DNA of 64,000 nucleotides from positions 3,038,001 through 3,102,000 of the forward strand of contig OX597842.1 in NCBI GenBank assembly GCA_951406725.2, written 5' to 3'. Shown one piece after another: positions 1 to 15,038 of this stretch. Numbering within the stretch: the stretch's first letter is position 1; each line of letters opens with the position of its first letter. The notes under the pieces were generated by a model, which was given only the letters and a program-made list of their open reading frames with translations, had not been told where the DNA came from and did no database searches. Source of the DNA: Octopus vulgaris (taxonomy: Eukaryota). The translations under genes and the position numbers were made by a program.

Positions 1-88
1 TATGTGTTTGTGCGCGCATATATATATATATATATATATGTAGATGTGTGTGTGTGTACATGAAAACGTAAACACACACATCTAAGGA

Positions 89-134
<46 letters not shown>

Positions 135-165
135 TACGTAAGCATATATATATGTATGTATGCAA

Positions 166-227
<62 letters not shown>

Positions 228-978
228 ATATGTTATGTATGCATACACACAGTCATGAATAGAAATGCATCCAAATTTAGATTCTGAATGATATATATAT
301 CAACATGCACACACACACACAGTCACATATGTATGTACACACACACATACATACATATATATATATATACATATATATATATACATATATATATATAGAC
401 ATACATGCATACATATATATTATATATATAAATATATATAGCCATACATGCATACATACATACATACATACATATATATATATATATACACACGTATATA
501 TATATATAACTATATGCATAGTAAACAAGGATGCGTGTTACCCCTTTTCACCCATTTCTGCACAAATCCCGCCTCGCCCACCACCACTAGCACCACCGCT
601 ATTCCTTACCCTCACCGCAAACCCACCCAGCCGCCCCTATCCACCACCTCATCCCGTACCCTTCATCAAAAGAAACATTATTTAGCAAAACTACATAAAT
701 AAACAAATAAATAAATCAGCCACGGTTGGTGTTGTTGTTTATGCGAATGCTGGATGGAACTGGTGGGCATCGGCAGGTTCTGCTGAGTCAGAACCCAACC
801 AAAGATGGCCGCAACAATTTGATTCCTCAGCAATCAATGATGGCTTGTGTGTGCGGTGTGTGTGTATGTCTGTGTGTATATATGTGTGTATATGTGTGTG
901 TGTATATATATGTATATATATATATGTATATACATATGTATGTATGTATATTTATATGTACGTATATATATTGATATG

Positions 979-1009
<31 letters not shown>

Positions 1010-1103
1010 TTATATGTATATATATGCAGATATATATATATATGTATATATATATATTGCTTGTATGTATATATACATATAGATATATGCATATATATAT
1101 GTG

Positions 1104-1138
<35 letters not shown>

Positions 1139-1556
1139 CACATATATACATATAGATATAAATATGTCTATATATTTATATATATGCATATTCATATAGA
1201 TATATATCTGTATGCATGTATATGCATATGTATATATATATATACATACATTTATACATATATATATATATATATACATACGCATATAAATACAGACACA
1301 CAAATATACGTATATATACGCATCATATATCTATGTGTGTGTGTATGTGTGTATGTTCATACGCTGTGTGGAAATCACCCCGTAAGACTGTAAAGGTCGA
1401 TATTCTATAGAAAGAATCAATACGCAGTTCCTGGTTTTTCGTGTGACTTGCTCCAATGGTTCTTCATGTAATTAGCTTTGCTTGTACTGAAGCATTATGG
1501 GTAAAACTTGTTTTTCTTTCCCCAGTTCTGTGTCTTCTGAATGTTTGATGTTTTCC

Positions 1557-1940
<384 letters not shown>

Positions 1941-2327
1941 GTCTCTGTCTCTATCTATCTAGCTATCCGTGTGTGTGTAGTTGTAGATACATATGCATAT
2001 GTCCATGAATAAATACCTACATCTATTTATAGTATATGCATATATGTAAATATTCATATATATATATGTATATAGACAGATAGATAAATAGAGATAGATA
2101 GAGAGATAGAGATAGAGAGAGAGAGAGAGAGAGAGAGGGGGATGGATACATAGATACACACACACGCTCTCACACATACATTAACATATTTTCCAAACTT
2201 TGTATGTATGTTTTTCATATTTTCTTTACCAAAGTATTTTAGTGTTCATTTTTAACCCTCTATTCAATTTTTTCTTTGCCTTCTATATAATTCATCTTAT
2301 ATATATATACATATATATATAGCTGTG

Positions 2328-2371
<44 letters not shown>

Positions 2372-2372
2372 C

Positions 2373-2441
<69 letters not shown>

Positions 2442-3152
2442 GTATGAAGCTTTCTTTCTCCATATTCTGTTTGTTCAATTGTGTTATTTTTATATTGGTT
2501 TGTGTATGTTTTTCTTGTATGCGTTATTATTTTTCTTCTGCTCAATGTAAATATTTATATACACACACGCTCATATATATATACATACATACACATACAT
2601 ATATATTTATATATATATGGGTTTCTTTATTTATACGTATGCAAATGGCTATTTTGATGCATTGATGTATATATATATATATATGTATATATATATTGCG
2701 ATGTGTGTGAGCTTGTATATAGTAGTTTTAAATAGATCTATTTTTATATGCCCGACTTACTGTGTTCAGGCCAAACTGCACTGACATATGTTTGCATGTA
2801 CATGCATACATACACACATACATACTTGCATACATGCATACATACATACACGCAGACACACACACACACACACACACTCACACATTTCAGAGAGAAATTC
2901 AGGTATTGCAAAAGATAAATAGCTTATTGCGCGTTTCTGGATGTCCACACACAGACACACACAGACACACAGACACACACACACACACACACATGCATCC
3001 CTGCATTTATGTATACCAGTGTATATGTTCATATATATATATATATATATACGATGTATATGTGTATATACGTTTATGTTTATATACAAGTGGAATATAT
3101 GAATAATGATATGATTATCCTGAGTTAAGGAGCATGTCCTTTTATTGTTATT

Positions 3153-3210
<58 letters not shown>

Positions 3211-3211
<1 letters not shown>

Positions 3212-3345
3212 GGCAGGAAACTGGCAGAATCGTTAGAGCATAGGACAATATACCTTGCAGCCTTTCTTCCAGCTCTTTACATTCTGGGTTCAAATTCTAC
3301 AGAGGTCACCTTCACCTTTCATCTTTTCAGGGTCGATAAAAAATG
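3211..3345 (+). mobile_element. SINE family B, 5' part (degenerate)
   Basis: ctggcagaatcgttag ... gggttcaaattc ... cacctttcatcttttcagggtcgataaa matches the other family B copies; follows a (TTG)n tract. Confidence 0.75.
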
Positions 3346-3387
3346 CACCATTGGAGCAGGTTGGCCAATGCAATTGATTGCAAGTTG

Positions 3388-3582
3388 ACAATGCGAGTCA
3401 GTTCTGATATCCTTCAGTCTCTTAAGAAGCATTTGGGGTGTTGGGCCAAGTGCACCACTTACTACAGAAATAACTATCGTCTTGGTCTTCTACAATCTCT
3501 TCATGTCTCTGGTTAGGGCCTGATATTTCTCAGTCCTTTTTTTCAATTTCTCTGGTATCCTGCTAGTTATATGGTATTGCAT
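3388..3582 (-). mobile_element. Decayed R4/Dong-like LINE fragment (restriction-like endonuclease region)
   Basis: Minus strand reads AIPYN*..EKYQALTRDMKRL*KTKTIVISVVSGALG, aligning by eye with EKLSKYKDL..IPIIVGALG at 50764-51003. Confidence 0.65.
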
Positions 3583-3584
3583 AG

Positions 3585-3999
3585 TGCAGGAGTGGCTGTG
3601 TGGTAAGTAGCTTGTTTACCAACCACATGGTTCCGGATTCAGTCCCACTGCGTGGCACCTTGGGCAAGTGTCTTCTGCTATAGCCTCGGGCCGACCAAAG
3701 CCTTGTGAGTGGATTTGGTAGACGGAAACTGAAAGAAGCCCGTCGTATATATGTATATATATATGTATATATATATGTATATATATGCGTGTGTGTGTTT
3801 GTGTGTCTGTGTTTGTCCCCCTAGCATTGCTTGACAACCGATGCTGGTGTGTTTATGTCCCAAAACTTAGCGGTTCGGTAAAAGAGACCGATGGAATAAG
3901 TACTGGGTTTACAAAAGAATAAGTCCCGGGGTTGATTTCCTCGACTAAAGGCGGTGCTCCAGCATGGCCGCAGTCAAATGACTGAAACAAGTAAAAGAG
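3585..3999 (+). mobile_element. tRNA-derived SINE family A, full length, internal (TA)n/(TG)n
   Basis: Box A-like tggctgtgtggtaag, box B-like gattcagtccc, 3' end gcatggccgcagtcaaatgactgaaacaagtaaaagag; more than 15 related copies or fragments in the window. Confidence 0.9.
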
Positions 4000-5199
4000 T
4001 CTATGATCTCACATTTTTGTCTCTGTAATCATATCTTGTTGCCATGCTTCCAAACAACACGTGGAGATGAGATATCTCTCGACAAAAATGTAAACAACAC
4101 GCGAAAATGCGATGTCACTATAAAAAAAAAAGCGTGAGCACATGGATTAATCATATATGCATTCCCATTTCGACTCACGCACACACTACAGTATCTTGCT
4201 TATACGTCAACAGATGTATTGTTTGTATAGTTCACACACCAACACGTACAATCTCTCACACATGAGCAAGACAAACATCGTACACAGAGTGTTTAAACAA
4301 CTTAAACGAGAGGAATACTGGTAAACAAATAAAAAATACAGCACGCTTCATTTCAAACAGAGAGAAGAAAGCAGAAAAGCAGATATGATCGGTAATAAAA
4401 CTATGAAAAGATATATAGGTGAATTTCGATCTGTGAGCGTCAGGCAATCATGATACAAAAGGAACCTTAGCACATGACAGACAGTGTTCTGTCAAAAGTT
4501 AGCACTGAACAGACAGACAGACCCATTTAATGTAACTGACCAAAGGGAAACAAAACCAAGAGAGAACAATAGCCATAGTGGGAATGAAGACTTGAGAATC
4601 AAGCTTCAAGTTCATTTGCTGGGAGTACCTCCGCTGGCAGCAATAAGATAGTTCATGAACACTATAGGTTGGTAGCGTAAGTGTAGTCTCTGGTTGTCAT
4701 ACCCGTGTAGTGTTTTGTATTACAATGTCTAACAATTTTTTTAATTTGTTTTTGTCATTGGTCAGTAAGTGTTATTTCCTATTTGCCTCTATCAAGAAAT
4801 CAAACGAAATTACTATTATTCCCTCCAAACTTTGCTTTTCTGACCTGGACATCAATGGTTTGAAACTGACCTATTTTCCATTACATTTCACACAAATTCA
4901 GTGGTGAGTTGCTGAAGCAGAAATATCATTATAACAAATATTCTGCTTATCAGTAGCTTGACCTTAATCACTTCAGCATGTCCCTTAGTAACTGACAATG
5001 TATGCATCTCTGACCATGAGCAGGAGTAGTGGTCAAGCACCATAGCCATGTTTTGAGAGAGATTCTTTGGGGTTTGAATAAATGTAACAAACGCATATTA
5101 ACCATTTTCATACATTTTAGGGTTAAGCATATAGGAAATAACTGTTGCTACCCAAGGACAAAAATCATGTTACACAGGGTTATCGGGTGGTGTAAGGGA

Positions 5200-5420
5200 G
5201 TTTCTATAGTCAATGAGAGCCAAAATCCTCCTAGTGGGTAGTTGATATCATTTCGAAAGTTACAGGTTAGGGTGAGTATTGGAGGCTGTGTGGCTGGATG
5301 TTTGTGTCTATTGTAGTACGCAATGTTTGAAGCGATGTTGTCTAATCAGGAATAACTGACCTTGACGTTGCGAGCGTTAGGGTGGTAAAGTTTATAATAC
5401 TTAGGGGTTCCATAAGTAGT
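5200..5420 (-). mobile_element. Decayed Penelope-like element fragment (RT-to-GIY-YIG linker)
   Basis: Minus strand reads KYYKL..RNVKVSYS*LDNIASNIA..TCNFRNDINYPLGGF, resembling the PLE motif KIFN..NVKVSYSC..N..CNCR...CPL.G.C and the copy at 37255-37890. Confidence 0.65.
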
Positions 5421-5506
5421 AATCATAGATTAATACTAGATCAGGGGCAACTGGAGATAAACTACAAGAAGACAGAAGCAGTATTAATATTGTGACATCA
5501 ATGTTT

Positions 5507-6045
5507 GAACGGGCACTGAAATTCCATATATCAATGATTATACGCTGCTACCGGATGTCTTGCACTGGGGGGGGGGGGCGGAGTGCGTCGAAGTAACGAG
5601 ATTTGGAAGTTCCGGCACCCACAGCAGACGATTCTCATCAGTCAGCAATATAAATGTGTCTACTTTTATGCACCATGTGTTCATATGAGAAATCCTCTCA
5701 GGGTAAATAACGTAGTATTCAACGATCTAACAATACATCCACGTCAAGCTGTTGATCTTGGCATTAATACTACTTGTCATTATTAATTATTTTTAATACG
5801 AACGGGCATTGAAATTCATTAGATGACTGGCAGATGTTGCTGTATGCAGCTACCGGACCTCTGCCACTGAGGAAACGGAGCATGATGAAATCACGAGATC
5901 TGGCAGTTCCGTTGCGCATAGCAGACGCTTCTCGTCTGCCTACGATTTAAATATATGTGCTTTTATGCACCACGCTCCTAGTATGAGAGGTCCTTTCAAG
6001 GTAAATAAAGGAGCGCTAGGTGCCCTAACAATACATCGACAATAA
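5507..6045. repeat. Old tandem duplication, period about 293 bp
   Basis: gaacgggca-tgaaattc at 5507 and 5800; shared blocks ctaccgga, agcagacg, cttttatgcacca and ctaacaatacatc. Confidence 0.8.
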
Positions 6046-6161
6046 ATTGGATATAAAGATCCCTTTTTGGTATTATTACTGCCACTGTTGCTACTGATCA
6101 TGTGTCCGGGAAGGGTGTACGTCTGTGTGTCTGTGTCTGCATATATACGTTTTAATATATA

Positions 6162-6211
<50 letters not shown>

Positions 6212-6224
6212 TACACTTATATAT

Positions 6225-6520
6225 CACGTGATCACGTGACCGACCAGGCTATCATATGTTGCTACACATCGCTGGTCACAATGCGCTTCGCATTGCTTTA
6301 GCCTTCAAATGACGCTACTCCGCTGGCTAAGCTAGTAGGCCTACAGAAGAAAGAGTGAGAGAACATTGTGACGAAAGAGTACAGCAGGGATCGCCACCAC
6401 CCCTTGCCGGTGCCTCGTGGAGCATTGGGTGTTTTCGCTTAATAAACGCCCGGTTTGGGAATCGAAACTGCGATCCTACGACCGCTAGTCCGCTGCCCTA
6501 ACCACTGGGCCATGTCGCCT
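6225..6520 (-). mobile_element. tRNA-derived SINE (family C-related head)
   Basis: Reverse complement starts ggaggcgacatggcccagtggttagggcagcg and has box B gtttcgattccc; related to 46623-46888 and 30660-30928. Confidence 0.75.
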
Positions 6521-6525
6521 CCATA

Positions 6526-6659
<134 letters not shown>

Positions 6660-6735
6660 AATATATGGTCACTATATTGATACTCTAGCACCAGTTAATC
6701 CAAAAGGTTTCAACCACGAAAAATACATATAATTA

Positions 6736-6767
<32 letters not shown>

Positions 6768-6771
<4 letters not shown>

Positions 6772-7357
6772 ATGAGCTGGCAGAACCGTTGTCCTGTTGG
6801 GAAGAAGGCTAAGTGGCATTTCGTCCGTCTTTACGTTGTGAGTTCAAATTCTGCCGAGGTAAAATTTACCTTTCATCCTTTCGAGTTCGATGAAATAGGT
6901 ACCAGTTGAGCACTGGGGTCGATTACACCGACTTCGCACCAGCACCAAAACTGCTGGCCTTGAGCAGGAATTTGAAACCAATGTGTTATAAGAAGCTTGC
7001 TTCCCAACCACATGGTTCCAGGTTCAGTCCCACTGCGTGCCACATTGTGTATCCTTTACTGTATCCCCTGGTAGACCAAAGCTATTTGAGTGGATTTGGG
7101 AGACGGAAACTGAAAGAAGCCCGTCGTATATATATGTATATATATTCATGTGTGTATGTCTTTGTCCCCCCACTATCGCTTGACAACCGATGTTGGTGTG
7201 TTAATGTCCCCGTAACTTAGCGTTTTGGCAAAAGAGAACCGATAGAATAAGTAACAGGCTTACAAAGACCAAGTCCTGGGTTCGATTTCCTAAACTAAAA
7301 TCTTGCAAGGCGGTGCTCCAGCATGGCCGCAGTCAAATGACTGAAACAAGTAAAAGA
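6768..7357 (+). mobile_element. SINE B (6768-6980) followed by 5'-truncated SINE A (6991-7357)
   Basis: Direct similarity to the other family A and B copies. Confidence 0.85.
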
Positions 7358-7957
7358 ATATAGGAATAAAAGAATGTATAAACGTATAAATGTAAATATA
7401 GAAACCATTCATGAAGCCAAAAGAATTTTCATTTCTTCCATTTTGTGATTATGACGTCACAATGTCTGTAAACGTTTTCTCTAGAATTTTCCTTTCCAAA
7501 AGTCTTCAGTCTCTTTCAACCTTTGGCGGTGATTAGAGGCTAGGGAATGTGTGCGCCAGGGGGCGCACCCAAACATCTGAGGACTAGTGTGAAGTGATAG
7601 TCATCTTCACCTTGTTTTTGATGTTTGTGGGGGATATTTTATGCACCTTTGACTTCTTAAACACCCGATGTAACATGCTGGTTGGTAGCATAACATAGTT
7701 ACAAGGTGTCCGGTAGTGTTCCTCTAGCCGGATGAATTCTTAACCAGGCCATTTCAGGACAGAAAACCTGGGGGTTCCAACCAGAAATATCTTCTCTTCT
7801 TCACTCTCCACAGATTCACACAGAATATTTTATTTTAATAAACAATTGTGTGAGTGTAAAGAGAATGGCGACGTTAAACAAGAATAAAAATGATGAACAC
7901 GAAATAAAGTTTACTCAACAAATAATCAGAGGAATGTCAAGAGAGTTTCGCTGTAAA

Positions 7958-8272
7958 CTTGGTAAGAATTTTTATAAAACATTAATCTTTTGTTATTAAA
8001 ATGTTTGATAATATTTTCTAGAGATTTATTATAATAAAGTAAAGCAGTTTCTTCGTTATTTGTTTGATAAACTTCAGAAGTGGACATACGTCTTGGGTTT
8101 AAAAGTTTGCATATAGCCGGGACTTTGGTAGGAATTTTGATAAAACATAAATCTTTTGTTATTAAAAGGTTTGATAATATTTTCTAGAGATTTCTAAAAG
8201 TAAAATAGTTTCTTCGGTATTTGTTTGGAAATCTTAAAAAATTCAACATTCGTCTTTGGTTTATAAGTCTTT
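7958..8272. repeat. Tandem duplication, period about 166 bp
   Basis: aatcttttgttattaaaa-gtttgataatattttctagagattt occurs twice with similar flanks. Confidence 0.85.
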
Positions 8273-8310
8273 ATGTATATGTAGTATGTGTATGAGTATA
8301 TGTGTGTATA

Positions 8311-8525
8311 TGTAGAGTGTCTGCCGCAAAGAATATTTGGAAAAAGATGGACGGAAGTAGTAAGAAAGATGAGAATGCAAGGAGCCGTGCTTGTACGGTC
8401 GGTCCTGGTATAAAAGGATGAAAATAATGACCAAAAGGAAATCAACCGGCGGGTTAGCTCACTAACCTGAATAAGCAGTTATATAAGTATCATTTATATA
8501 TTTTTTTCAAATCAATCGTCTTACA
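8311..8525 (+). mobile_element. Possible solo LTR
   Basis: TGTAG...TTACA ends and an internal TATAAAAGG; the TSD is imperfect (TATA/TATG). Confidence 0.3.
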
Positions 8526-8903
8526 TATGTATAAACCCATTCGCTTTAAAATTGTGTACCGAATGTGTCTGACCCCTATATGTCCCTTGTCTGTCCTTGT
8601 TTGTCCCCTCTATGTATCCTTTTATAAGTAAATAAAGAAAATCCCGTCGGTCTTTTCTCTGTGTGTGTCTGTGTATCTCTCTCTCTCTCTCTCTCTTTCT
8701 CTCACATACACACATTTGGAAGCCTTCTAAACATATATATAATGGTAAGCATACAAGAACCTATGCATATCCATGTATGTATGTTTCTGTCTGCTTGGAC
8801 TCACACATAAATGAGCGGATGTTTGCATATGTAGTGTGTGTATACGAGTGTATATATATATGCATGTGTATGTGTGTGTTGTGTGTTGTGTGTCTATCAG
8901 TCT

Positions 8904-8948
<45 letters not shown>

Positions 8949-9311
8949 TCACGCACGCACACTCCTCATCTATTCATACAATTGTACGCATTCCCTTATG
9001 GATGTTTACATGTTTATGCAAAACCCGTCCTGGCTAGGCCCTGCGCGCACGCACACAGACACACACTTGATATGGACTTCCTAGAAGCTACTTTTTCTGT
9101 GACCCCCATAATTCCGTTCCCTTAAACTGTCCACTGACTCTCTTACTCCCCGCCATATTTCTTACCCCCGCTTCCTGTCTTATCTACCCGTATATATTCA
9201 AGTTTGTACCTCGGGTACTTGAACCATTCACTCTGCCAAAATCGAAATCACATAAAGAAGGGCCCCTCACCACGTAGAGATAAACCCCTTAATTCGTTAC
9301 GTCCACCAACT

Positions 9312-9815
9312 GTTAGCACGCCGGGTAGAACGCTTAGCAACATTTCTGCGTTCAAATCCCGCTGAGGTTGACTTTTACCTTTCACCCTTTTGGGGTCGAT
9401 AAAATAAGTACCAGTTGAATACTGGAGTCAATGCAATTGATTTACACCCCCCCACCAAAAAAAAATTGCTGGCCTTGTGCAAAAATTTGAAACCAATAAA
9501 ATGAAAATTTAAGGCAGCGAGCTGGCAGAATCATTAGCATGCCAGAAGAAATGTTTAGCGGCAATATCTGCCAACGTTAATTTTGCCTTTCATCATTTTG
9601 CGGTCAATGAAATAAGTACCAATAGAAATAGGTATTTCGTCTGCCGTTACGTTCAGAATTCAAATTCTGCTGAGGTCGACTTTGCCTTTCATCCTTTTGA
9701 TGTCGATTAAATAAGTACCAGTTACGCATGGGGTCGATGTAATCGACTTAACCTCTTTGTCTGTCCTTGTTTGTCCCCTCTATGTTTAGCCCCCTGTGGG
9801 CAATAAAGAAATAAA
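9312..9815 (+). mobile_element. Cluster of SINE B copies and fragments
   Basis: Three occurrences of the tttcatcct..gtcgat..aagtacca core; ends in the tail tttgtcccctctatgtttagccccctgtgggcaataaagaaat. Confidence 0.85.
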
Positions 9816-9878
9816 TAATTGTACCTCAGTGTCACTTTGATGGCATGCGCTGCTCTCTCAATAATAATGATAATGATA

Positions 9879-9919
<41 letters not shown>

Positions 9920-10224
9920 TAATAATAATAATAATTGCTAATTGTAATACAAAGCATGTACAATAGTTTGTGTGGGAGAATGTTAAGAACAGGATGATTG
10001 ATGGGGGATCAAGTGAAAGGATAATGGATCTTCTGGTTGTCTGCAAGTCTCTGCACAAGATTTCTGAATTCCTTCAGATACAGAAGCCAAACTACAACAA
10101 CAGCAACCAAGAGCAGTAACACCGAAAATCTCCCTCTTCTCTTCAGTTCCAAAACCTTAGATCTACCACTGTCAAAATGGGCACAAAGGAAGTTAGGGTC
10201 GGTGAGGTTGTGGGGTACAGGAAC

Positions 10225-11020
10225 ATTCCTCCAAAAGTCACTGGCCTGGCAGTGTTACCGAGGAGCCTTACCCATTCAGGATAAGCTCACTAGACACGGC
10301 CATCTCGGCCCATCGGCCTGTTCAAGGACAAGGAAACCGTCTTGTGCAGGACAAGGAAACCGTCCTGTCCAAGGACAAGGAAACCGTCCTGCACGCTATT
10401 GTTCAGTGTCCGGAAGTGTCAAAAGTGTGGGCTTATGCAGAACACCTGTTGTCGGATGCAAGAAGAGTACAGCTGTCGTGGGAGTCAATTCTAAAAATTG
10501 AGCCACCGGATTTCCTTACGAAAGAAGGTAAGAATTGTTTTATCGTAAAAGAAGGTAAGAATTGTTTTCTCGTGGTTGTAGCAATCGAGAAAGAGGTGAT
10601 ATGGAAGTCGAGAATGAAAGGATTGGTGACGGGCAGTCTCATCTCTGGCCTCGGTTTGGTGAGATTTTCCACCTTTCACCCAAAAAGGAAAGTGGAGCTG
10701 GAGAGGAGATGCTTGTCAGCGAGTATGTACAAAGATAGATGGGCACGTGTAGCACGAATGCTGTGTGTGAAAGACACTGCGTGAACATGTCATAAGGCTT
10801 ACGAAAAGGTGTCGGTAGTAGAACAGCACTCGTGGGGTCGGAGCTAGAACCTGTTCTCCTGCTCTATTTTATGTTTGTTAATTTGTTTTGTAATTTGTGT
10901 GACCATCCGATTTTCCATTCGATTTCGTTGTAAATTTTTATATCTCATTTTGCGTGTCTAACCCCAAATCAGGCTGTATTGTCCCCTCTATGTTGGCCAC
11001 GTGTGGGCAATAAAGAAACA
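10225..11020 (+). mobile_element. 5'-truncated Tx1/L1-clade LINE 3' end (CCHC zinc-finger region plus 3' UTR), frameshifted
   Basis: QKSLAWQCYRGALPIQDKL..C..ETVLHAIVQCPEVSKVW (W..L..C..ET..H...C..W pattern of the L1/Tx1 ORF2 C-terminus); internal 24-bp tandem repeats; ends gtgggcaataaagaaac. Confidence 0.85.
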
Positions 11021-11816
11021 AGTGGATGTGAATGAGTTTATGCGCAAAAGATTAAACAGAAAGGACCCTTGGCCAAACTCAACGTAGTCAAGAAACAGCA
11101 ATACAGACTCTTCTGAGTTAGTAAAAGTGATGAAAAGGATAATCTAATCTTATTGTTAAATGGGACATAGTGAGATAAAGTAATTGGGTTGGTTAGAGTA
11201 TATGGCACAATAATTAAGCTAAAAAATAAGGGACTCCTTAGGGAGTCCTGAGAGGTGGAGGTACGAGACCAATCAGCTGTGATAAGGCATTAAACTAGCA
11301 GTATAAAACAGGGAGGAGATTATATAGCTGGTGGGCTAGAAAGTTAGGGTATTTATTAGTGATTAAATAATGATGACGACGACGTCGACGATGATGATGT
11401 CGATGATGATGATGAAGAGGATGATGACAGCGACGATGACGATGATCCCAGATCCGCTAAGCTCGTGACCAAGTGTTGCTGTCGTCGTTGTCATTGTTCT
11501 TGGAAACTGAAGCTTCTTCAATCAACGCATTTAGTTTCAATTTGCAGATAATCAAAACGATCGGAGATAAAGTAGCATGACAATACATAAGAAAAAATAT
11601 TGGCACACTTAAAAATATGATTAGTCATCAAGATATGATTGGATGAGGAAAAACAATTAGAATGTACATCATATATTGGAATACTCTCTTGATATATTCA
11701 CAATACAGAGTTGGATGCAAGATAAACAATTACAATTTTTTTTACAATATATTCGAGCTGTCATTGTATTATATTTTAATTAATGTATATGCGTGTGGAT
11801 TTCTGTGTGTGTGTTA

Positions 11817-11863
<47 letters not shown>

Positions 11864-12188
11864 CTTAATTACTTATTTTCAAGAACTAAAGTATAGATTT
11901 TGTGAGTTTGTGTACATATGATTGTATGTGAATAGATACAAATATATGTGTATGTATGTATGCATATATGTATGTACGTACGTACGTATGTATGTATGTA
12001 TGTATGTATGTATGTATGTATGTATGTATGTATGTATGTATGTATGTATGTATGTGTGTTTGTATAGTTATACAATGAAAGAAAGACAGATTGAGAGATA
12101 CGTCAGTGCATGCATAGATAGAGATATATCTCACACACGCACACACACACGTATGTATATATACATGTGTGTGTATGTTTGTGTGTAT

Positions 12189-12221
<33 letters not shown>

Positions 12222-12235
12222 ATTCTATCTCTCTT

Positions 12236-12325
<90 letters not shown>

Positions 12326-12550
12326 TATATGTATACACACACATACTTACACATATACATAGCAATAGGTGTGTGTGACTGTGCACGTATACATATAGAA
12401 AAAAATAAACATATATAAATATGTATATATATATATATATATATATACACATACACAAACACAAATATGGGCGAGTATATATATATGTATATACATACAC
12501 ACTTACAGAATGTGTGTATAAATGTAAGGCATGTGTGCATGCGATTATAA

Positions 12551-12589
<39 letters not shown>

Positions 12590-12824
12590 GAGAGAGGGAA
12601 AGAGAGAATGAGAGATAAGCAGAAAGACAGTTGCACACAGTCAGCAATTATAATATCTCGTAATATCTCACGCACCCCCCAACACACACACACACACATA
12701 CACGTACACACACATACACATCCTCTCCACCATACACATATACAAACACACACAGAAATACTACAATACAATAAAAGGCATTCTATAAGCAGAAAACAAC
12801 TCTATAAGACAGAGAGAGAGAGAG

Positions 12825-12857
<33 letters not shown>

Positions 12858-13149
12858 GAGAGTAAAAGGAGAGCGAGGGGAGAGAAAGAGAGAGAGTAAA
12901 AGGAGAGAGGGGAGAGAAAGGCAGAGCAGGGCAGTAAGAGCATCAACATGAAGAACAAGTGTGATGGCGGCAACAATGGCGATGACGACTACGACATTTC
13001 GCATTCTTCGATTTTCTACGTAATTCTTGACAAGAAGATCTTTCTTAATTGCTTAGATAAATTAATTAATAATGCATAATGATCAGCACCTCAATAGAGC
13101 AGTTGATCAGTTATATTGCACAATATGTGTGTGTGCGTACGTGTGTATA

Positions 13150-13204
<55 letters not shown>

Positions 13205-13210
13205 TTGCAT

Positions 13211-13248
<38 letters not shown>

Positions 13249-13340
13249 GTATGTGTATAAAAATATATATAAATATGTATGTCTATATATGTATATATAT
13301 ATATATATGTGTATGTGTATATATATATATATGCATATAT

Positions 13341-13373
<33 letters not shown>

Positions 13374-13498
13374 CGCATATGCATATATACATATACATAT
13401 ATAAAAATACATGTATATAAACATATATTTATATATACAGATACATACACATACATATATATACATATATATATACACACATATATGTATATACCTAC

Positions 13499-13529
<31 letters not shown>

Positions 13530-13599
13530 CATATTTATATATATTTACATATATATGCATATATATATACACACATATATATATACATATATATTTTTA

Positions 13600-13635
<36 letters not shown>

Positions 13636-13842
13636 GAGAGAGAAATTTTTATGTGTTTGTATTTATGTATGTATGTAGAGTTAGCAAAGAGCGTATAGTG
13701 CTGATGATGTGGCAGTTATGCAATCAGTGGTATATGCCATGGATGTTAGGGAAGTAAGAGAGACTTACATCTACTCTAATTACCATACAAACACACTCAC
13801 ACAGACACGCACATACATACACACACATACATATATGTCTCT

Positions 13843-13902
<60 letters not shown>

Positions 13903-14098
13903 CATATATATATGCATATACACATATAAACACATATATACACACATATATATATATTGTGTATACATATCTTTATATATAATCATATATATTCATATGC
14001 ATATAAATATAATATATTTGTGTATATATACGAGATATACCTATACATATATATACATACATATATACGTACATACATACATACATAGAACTATATTT

Positions 14099-14181
<83 letters not shown>

Positions 14182-14290
14182 TAGGAATTTAGACATATGT
14201 ATACAAACTTAAATACATATACATAAATATACATATAAATATATTATACACACACACACATATATATAGATACATACACACATACCTACC

Positions 14291-14326
<36 letters not shown>

Positions 14327-14652
14327 CATGCATATATCTGTATGTACGTATGAATATAATGTAGGTATGTGTTTGTATCCGCTGACAAAGGAAACGGTAA
14401 AATGTAAGTAAAAGATGGATTCTATAGAAATTCTTGAATACTGTGTAGAATAGTGAAAGCATTTTGTTGATTAAACGAACCATGCTAAATCCAAAGAAAT
14501 GTGTGCGGTTGGATGTGTATATATGTGTGTCTATGTACGTGCTTGTATATACGTACGCACACGTATATGTCTATATTATATGTAAATATATATACATATA
14601 TGCAGCAATATATATAAAGTTGGGTAGAGAGATAGATATACATACATATATA

Positions 14653-14702
<50 letters not shown>

Positions 14703-15038
14703 CATACATATATACATATATATATACATTGAAAAATAGGATAAAATATTATAAGACTTTATCGAGTAGTTAGCGTGGAAAACCTCATAAGGGAAACATT
14801 TATTAATTATTCCCTTTAAATATATTTATTAATATTAAGGGCATTATTATACATGAATGCCGCATGCTAGGAGGGACTCTTAAAGTCAAAACTACCATAA
14901 GAAACACATTTTGTACCGAACGCGAGGGAATGTGTCTTTTGAAAACAGATTCAGCTGCAGATCATATGATTTCATGCGTTTATTACACAGTTTTGACTTG
15001 TATAGTAATGCACTTTATGTGTGTGTGTGTGTGTGTGT

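Noticed and set aside
726-974. 82-aa ORF with a non-repetitive N-terminus
   Set aside because: No recognisable domain or splice signals; it runs into microsatellite.
3585-3665. tRNA-like heads with box A and box B
   Set aside because: They are SINE 5' ends without an intact cloverleaf; no true tRNA gene was found.
3616-3863. Recurrent peptides such as [32 protein letters not shown]
   Set aside because: Antisense translation of SINE A, not a gene family.
7460-7515. Minus-strand CUGAAGA...GAAAACGUUU
   Set aside because: Stem I does not pair.
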